Positions 27,153-32,000 of a stretch of 32,000 bases of DNA are shown piece by piece (positions within the stretch are counted from its first letter, which is position 1; every line of letters starts with the position of its first letter). The stretch lies in the NCBI RefSeq assembly GCF_059730245.1, contig NZ_AP029605.1; one strand, given 5' to 3'. The position numbers and the translations under genes were made by a program. The notes under the pieces were generated by a model. The model did not search any database, was not told the DNA's origin, and saw only the letters and a list, made by a program, of their open reading frames with translations.

Positions 27153-29471
27153 ATGAAAATTAGCGACGGAAACTGGTTGATTCAACCTGGCCTCAATTTG
27201 ATTCACCCGCTTCAGGTGTTCGAGGTTGAACAGCAGGGTAATGAAATGGTGGTCTATGCTGCCCCTCGTGATGTGCGTGAACGTACCTGGCAGCTTGATA
27301 CGCCTTTATTTACGCTGCGCTTTTTCTCCCCACAGGAAGGTATTGTCGGTGTACGGATTGAGCATTTTCAGGGGGCGCTGAATAACGGTCCTCATTACCC
27401 GCTCAATATTTTGCAGGACGTGAAGGTCACTATCGAAAACACAGAACGTTACGCTGAGTTTAAAAGTGGCAACTTAAGTGCGCGTGTCAGCAAAGGTGAG
27501 TTCTGGTCACTGGATTTTCTGCGCAACGGCGAACGTATTACCGGTAGTCAGGTGAAAAATAACGGCTACGTGCAGGACACGAATAATCAACGAAATTATA
27601 TGTTTGAGCGGCTGGATCTTGGCGTTGGCGAAACAGTTTACGGTCTGGGAGAGCGCTTTACTGCCCTGGTGCGCAATGGCCAGACGGTAGAGACCTGGAA
27701 CCGGGACGGCGGCACAAGTACTGAACAGGCGTATAAAAATATCCCGTTTTATATGACTAACCGTGGTTATGGGGTACTGGTCAATCATCCCCAATGCGTC
27801 TCTTTTGAAGTGGGATCGGAGAAAGTCTCCAAAGTACAGTTCAGCGTTGAGAGTGAATATCTCGAATACTTTGTTATCGACGGCCCGACGCCGAAAGCGG
27901 TACTTGATCGTTATACCTGTTTTACTGGCCGTCCGGCGCTGCCGCCCGCGTGGTCCTTCGGTCTGTGGCTAACCACTTCATTTACCACCAACTACGACGA
28001 AGCGACGGTAAACAGCTTTATCGATGGTATGGCGGAACGCAATCTGCCGCTGCATGTTTTCCACTTTGACTGTTTCTGGATGAAAGCCTTCCAGTGGTGC
28101 GATTTTGAGTGGGACCCGCTGACTTTCCCGGACCCGGAAGGGATGATCCGCCGCCTGAAAGCGAAAGGGCTAAAAATCTGCGTCTGGATTAACCCCTATA
28201 TCGGGCAAAAATCCCCTGTCTTTAAAGAGTTACAAGAGAAAGGCTATTTACTCAAACGCCCGGACGGTTCGTTATGGCAGTGGGATAAATGGCAGCCAGG
28301 TCTGGCGATTTATGACTTTACCAATCCGGATGCCTGCAAATGGTACGCCGACAAACTGAAAGGTCTGGTCGCGATGGGCGTTGATTGCTTTAAGACCGAC
28401 TTTGGCGAACGTATTCCAACCGATGTTCAGTGGTTTGACGGTTCCGATCCGCAGAAAATGCATAACCATTATGCGTACATCTACAACGAACTGGTGTGGA
28501 ACGTGCTCAAGGACACCGTTGGCGAGGAAGAAGCCGTCTTGTTTGCCCGCTCGGCCTCCGTCGGTGCGCAGAAATTCCCGGTACACTGGGGTGGTGACTG
28601 TTACGCTAACTACGAATCAATGGCGGAAAGCCTGCGCGGTGGTTTGTCTATTGGCCTTTCAGGTTTTGGTTTCTGGAGCCACGATATCGGCGGCTTTGAA
28701 AATACCGCTCCGGCGCACGTTTACAAACGCTGGTGCGCGTTTGGTTTGCTTTCCAGCCATAGCCGTTTACATGGCAGCAAATCTTATCGTGTGCCGTGGG
28801 CCTACGATGATGAGTCCTGTGATGTGGTGCGCTTCTTCACGCAACTGAAATGCCGCATGATGCCGTATCTGTATCGTGAAGCTGCACGTGCAAACGCCCG
28901 GGGTACGCCGATGATGCGGGCCATGATGATGGAGTTCCCGGACGATCCGGCTTGTGATTACCTTGACCGTCAATATATGTTAGGCGACAACGTGATGGTT
29001 GCGCCTGTGTTCACTGAAGCGGGCGATGTGCAGTTCTACCTGCCGGAAGGTCGCTGGACACACCTGTGGCACAACGATGAACTCGACGGTAGTCGCTGGC
29101 ATAAACAGCAGCACAGCTTCCTGAGTCTGCCCGTTTATGTGCGTGATAGCACCCTACTGGCGCTGGGCAACAACGATCAACGTCCCGATTACGCGTGGCA
29201 CGAAGGTACGGCATTCCACCTCTTTAATCTGCAAGACGGGCATGAAGCCGTCTGTGAAGTGCCCGATGCTGACGGTTCGGTGATCTTTACTTTAAAAGCA
29301 GCACGTACTGGCAACACGATTACTGTGACTGGTACGGGCGAGGCGAAGAACTGGACACTGTGCTTGCGCAATGTTGTGAAAGTAAATGGTCTGCAAGGCG
29401 GTTCGCAGGCTGAAAGTGAGCAGGGACTGGTGGTGACTCCTCAAGGGAATGCGCTGACAATTACGTTGTAA
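27153..29471 (+). CDS. yicI: YicI, GH31 alpha-xylosidase
   Basis: 772 aa with GH31 catalytic-region motifs ([27 protein letters not shown]). It sits 9 nt after yicJ, as in the yicJI operon. Confidence 0.93.
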   Translation: MKISDGNWLIQPGLNLIHPLQVFEVEQQGNEMVVYAAPRDVRERTWQLDTPLFTLRFFSPQEGIVGVRIEHFQGALNNGPHYPLNILQDVKVTIENTERYAEFKSGNLSARVSKGEFWSLDFLRNGERITGSQVKNNGYVQDTNNQRNYMFERLDLGVGETVYGLGERFTALVRNGQTVETWNRDGGTSTEQAYKNIPFYMTNRGYGVLVNHPQCVSFEVGSEKVSKVQFSVESEYLEYFVIDGPTPKAVLDRYTCFTGRPALPPAWSFGLWLTTSFTTNYDEATVNSFIDGMAERNLPLHVFHFDCFWMKAFQWCDFEWDPLTFPDPEGMIRRLKAKGLKICVWINPYIGQKSPVFKELQEKGYLLKRPDGSLWQWDKWQPGLAIYDFTNPDACKWYADKLKGLVAMGVDCFKTDFGERIPTDVQWFDGSDPQKMHNHYAYIYNELVWNVLKDTVGEEEAVLFARSASVGAQKFPVHWGGDCYANYESMAESLRGGLSIGLSGFGFWSHDIGGFENTAPAHVYKRWCAFGLLSSHSRLHGSKSYRVPWAYDDESCDVVRFFTQLKCRMMPYLYREAARANARGTPMMRAMMMEFPDDPACDYLDRQYMLGDNVMVAPVFTEAGDVQFYLPEGRWTHLWHNDELDGSRWHKQQHSFLSLPVYVRDSTLLALGNNDQRPDYAWHEGTAFHLFNLQDGHEAVCEVPDADGSVIFTLKAARTGNTITVTGTGEAKNWTLCLRNVVKVNGLQGGSQAESEQGLVVTPQGNALTITL

Positions 29472-29485
29472 TCTATTGAAGAATG

Positions 29486-29516
29486 CCGGATACGAATGGT
29501 TTTGTGTCGTATCCGG
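29486..29516 (+). terminator. Hairpin downstream of yicI (terminator or REP-like element)
   Basis: 10-bp perfect stem ccggatacga (29486-29495) / tcgtatccgg (29507-29516) with an 11-nt loop. The U-tail is weak. Confidence 0.45.
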
Positions 29517-29765
29517 TAAATAATCTCACATCTGGTAATAAATATTTCTTCCATCGTATTTGCGAGCATGATCACGATTATTCATCACGAAAATGTGATC
29601 TGTGCTGAAAAATATCCCTTAACCGCCTTGCTTTGTTTTATCACTGTCCGGATTACGGACAGATTTTAGTATTGTTGTGAAATTATTCTGCTTTATATTT
29701 ACCCTCAGAGATGGCAACTGAAGCTCTTCCATATGGGGCTTCTTAATCTGTGATAAGGGTAAAAA

Positions 29766-31319
29766 ATGCAAATGATTACCTCGCGACAAAACAGATTATT
29801 ACGATTCCTTTTACCTCGAAGGGAATATACGACTATTGTTACGATTGCCGGCTATTTAAATGTTTCGGAAAAAACCATTCAACGTGATTTACGTTTACTT
29901 GAGCAATGGCTGGGACAATGGAGAATAAATGTTGAGAAGCGTGCTGGCGCGGGTGTGATGTTAAGCGCGGAGAATATTGCTGATTTGCTGCATCTTGATC
30001 ATTTGTTGGTGGCAGAATGTGAAGAGATTGATGGTGTAATGAATAATGCCAGGCGCGTTAAAATAGCGTCGCAGTTATTAAGTGAAACACCGAATGAAAC
30101 GTCGATCAGTAAATTGTCAGAACGCTACTTTATCAGCGGAGCCTCTATTGTTAATGACCTGAGAGTAATTGAGTCCTGGCTTGCGCCGTTGGGGTTATCG
30201 TTGATCCGCAGTCCAAGTGGTACGCATATTGAAGGTAGTGAAGGGCAAGTCCGACAGGCAATGGCATTACTGATTAACGGCATTATTAACCATAATGAGC
30301 CGCAAGGTGTCGTGTATTCACGTCTGGATCCCGGAAGCTATAAAGCATTAGTCCATTATTTTGGAGAAGAAGAGGTGTTATTTGTCCAGTCATTGTTACT
30401 GGATATGGAAAATGAATTAAGTTGGTCTTTGGGAGAACCTTATTACGTTAACATTTTTACTCACATCCTTATTATGATGTATCGCAACACGCACGGGAAT
30501 GCGTTATCAAGAGAAGAAGATCAAACCAGGCAATATGATGAAAATATCTTTAATGTTGCCAGTCAGATGATTCATAAGATAGAACAACGAATTGCACATA
30601 CATTGCCCGATGATGAAGTCTGGTTTATTTATCAATATATCATTTCATCAGGTGTGGCGATTGATGGACAAAAAGATGTTAGCATTATTTCACATATGCA
30701 GGCCAGCAATGAAGCGCGTCTGATTACCTGGCGTTTAATTACGGTATTCAGTGACATCGTGGACTGCGATTTTAGTGAAGACAGCGCATTATATGATGGC
30801 TTATTGGTGCATATTAAGCCGCTGATTAACCGTCTAAATTATCGCATTCATATCCGTAATCCATTGCTGGAAGATATTAAAGCAGAATTAGCGGATGTCT
30901 GGCGGTTGACGCAATATGTGGTGAATCAGGTATTTAAAACCTGGGGTGAGAATGCAGTGAGCGAGGATGAAGTGGGTTACCTGACCGTTCATTTTCAGGC
31001 TGCGATGGAGCGGCAAATTGCCCGTAAACGTGTATTACTGGTCTGTTCAACCGGAATCGGAACTTCGCATCTACTGAAAAGCCGTATTCTGCGAGCATTT
31101 CCTGAATGGACGATTGTTGATGTTATTTCAGCAGCGAATTTATCACAGGTTTTGCCTGACAATATCGAACTGATTATTTCGACCATTAATTTGCCTACAG
31201 TCACTATGCCGGTCGCTTATGTTACCGCTTTTTTTAATGATGCCGATATTAAGCGGGTCACTGAAATGGTGATTACGGAAAAATTACATCATGCGACGTC
31301 TCGGGTCGTTGAAATTTAA
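29766..31319 (+). CDS. PRD-domain transcriptional regulator of the MtlR/LicR (BglG) family, with an N-terminal HTH and a C-terminal PTS EIIB-like domain
   Basis: 517 aa with a DeoR-like HTH (IAGYLNVSEKTIQRDLRLLEQW), a central PRD-like region, and an EIIB(Gat)-like motif (VLLVCSTGIGTSHLLKSRI). Confidence 0.75.
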   Translation: MQMITSRQNRLLRFLLPRREYTTIVTIAGYLNVSEKTIQRDLRLLEQWLGQWRINVEKRAGAGVMLSAENIADLLHLDHLLVAECEEIDGVMNNARRVKIASQLLSETPNETSISKLSERYFISGASIVNDLRVIESWLAPLGLSLIRSPSGTHIEGSEGQVRQAMALLINGIINHNEPQGVVYSRLDPGSYKALVHYFGEEEVLFVQSLLLDMENELSWSLGEPYYVNIFTHILIMMYRNTHGNALSREEDQTRQYDENIFNVASQMIHKIEQRIAHTLPDDEVWFIYQYIISSGVAIDGQKDVSIISHMQASNEARLITWRLITVFSDIVDCDFSEDSALYDGLLVHIKPLINRLNYRIHIRNPLLEDIKAELADVWRLTQYVVNQVFKTWGENAVSEDEVGYLTVHFQAAMERQIARKRVLLVCSTGIGTSHLLKSRILRAFPEWTIVDVISAANLSQVLPDNIELIISTINLPTVTMPVAYVTAFFNDADIKRVTEMVITEKLHHATSRVVEI

Positions 31320-31345
31320 TGTCAGAATTTTATGAGGTATGACGA

Positions 31346-31816
31346 ATGGACATAACAAAAATCCTGAATACGAATCGCGTTATTTTAGATATGCAAGCGA
31401 CGAATAAAGCGGAGGCGATTGAAGAATTAACTAATCTTCTCAAAAAAGATGGTGCGATCGATTGTCGGGAAACCTTTATTAAAGATGTCTGGCAGCGCGA
31501 AGCGGAAGGCTCGACTGGTTTTGAAAATCATATTGCGATCCCGCATGGTAAATCTTCAGCTGTGATTAATACTACGCTGGCAATTGGCCGTACCCGCCAG
31601 GATATTCCTTGGGAAACGCTGGATGGCAGTAGCGTGCGCTGTATTATTTTATTTGCGGTACGTCTTGAAGATCAAAATACCACCCATATCCGTTTACTTT
31701 CCCAGGTCGCGGGCGCGCTGGCGGATGATGACATCATAGAACAATTGTTAGTTGAGACGAGTCCGCAAAAAATCATTGATCTCTTTAGTCAGTATGCACA
31801 ATCCGATGTCTTCTAA
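31346..31816 (+). CDS. PTS EIIA component, fructose/mannitol (EIIA-2) family
   Basis: 156 aa with a phosphorylation-site-like motif (HIAIPHGK) in a typical EIIA-2 fold sequence. An RBS (tgaggt) precedes the ATG. Confidence 0.8.
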   Translation: MDITKILNTNRVILDMQATNKAEAIEELTNLLKKDGAIDCRETFIKDVWQREAEGSTGFENHIAIPHGKSSAVINTTLAIGRTRQDIPWETLDGSSVRCIILFAVRLEDQNTTHIRLLSQVAGALADDDIIEQLLVETSPQKIIDLFSQYAQSDVF

Positions 31817-31833
31817 ATAACAGGGAGTATGTC

Positions 31834-32000
31834 ATGAATATTGTCTGTGTTGCCGCCTGTACGGCGGGTATTGCTCATACCTATATTGCTCGTGAAAAGT
31901 TAATCAAAGGAGCAAAAGCTCTGGGCCATACCATTAAAGTTGAAACCCAGGGAACCATTGGTACAGAAAATGAATTACAGGCGGCAGATATCTCTGCTGC
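31834..32000 (+). CDS. PTS EIIB component, fructose type, 5' partial (runs off the window)
   Basis: ATG 31834 follows an AGGGAG RBS. MNIVCVAACTAGIAHTYIAREKL... carries the fructose-type EIIB active-site Cys motif. It is not in the ORF track because it is truncated by the window end. Confidence 0.75.
   Translation, partial: MNIVCVAACTAGIAHTYIAREKLIKGAKALGHTIKVETQGTIGTENELQAADISA

Overview
This window is not a new system. It is the right-hand ~25 kb of the locus of enterocyte effacement (LEE), the type III secretion (T3SS) pathogenicity island of attaching-and-effacing E. coli, together with its chromosomal junction. Gene order, left to right: the 3' end of grlA; LEE2 on the minus strand (espZ-escI-escJ-sepD-escC-cesD); LEE3 (cesL-escV-escN-escO-escP-sepQ); espH, cesF and map; LEE5 (tir-cesT-eae); escD; and LEE4 (sepL-espA-espD-espB-cesD2-escF-escG-espF). 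After espF comes a decayed IS3-family transposase remnant, then tRNA-Sec (selC, minus strand), the classic LEE integration site. Core genes yicJ-yicI follow, then an AT-richer cluster encoding a PRD-domain regulator and fructose-type PTS EIIA/EIIB. Calls rest on reading the supplied translations, on hand translation of regions the ORF track misses (grlA 3' end, espF 5' end, IS remnant, selC), and on remembered LEE protein sequences; no database search was possible. The most notable points are: (1) an in-frame amber codon at espF codon 15, which separates the secretion and mitochondrial-targeting signal from the three proline-rich repeats; (2) a non-E2348/69 EspF repeat allele (46 aa per unit); (3) the IS3 remnant at the LEE-selC junction; (4) an EPEC-type Tir with Y454 and Y474 both present; and (5) an accessory PTS module beside yicI. 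All structural T3SS genes appear intact.
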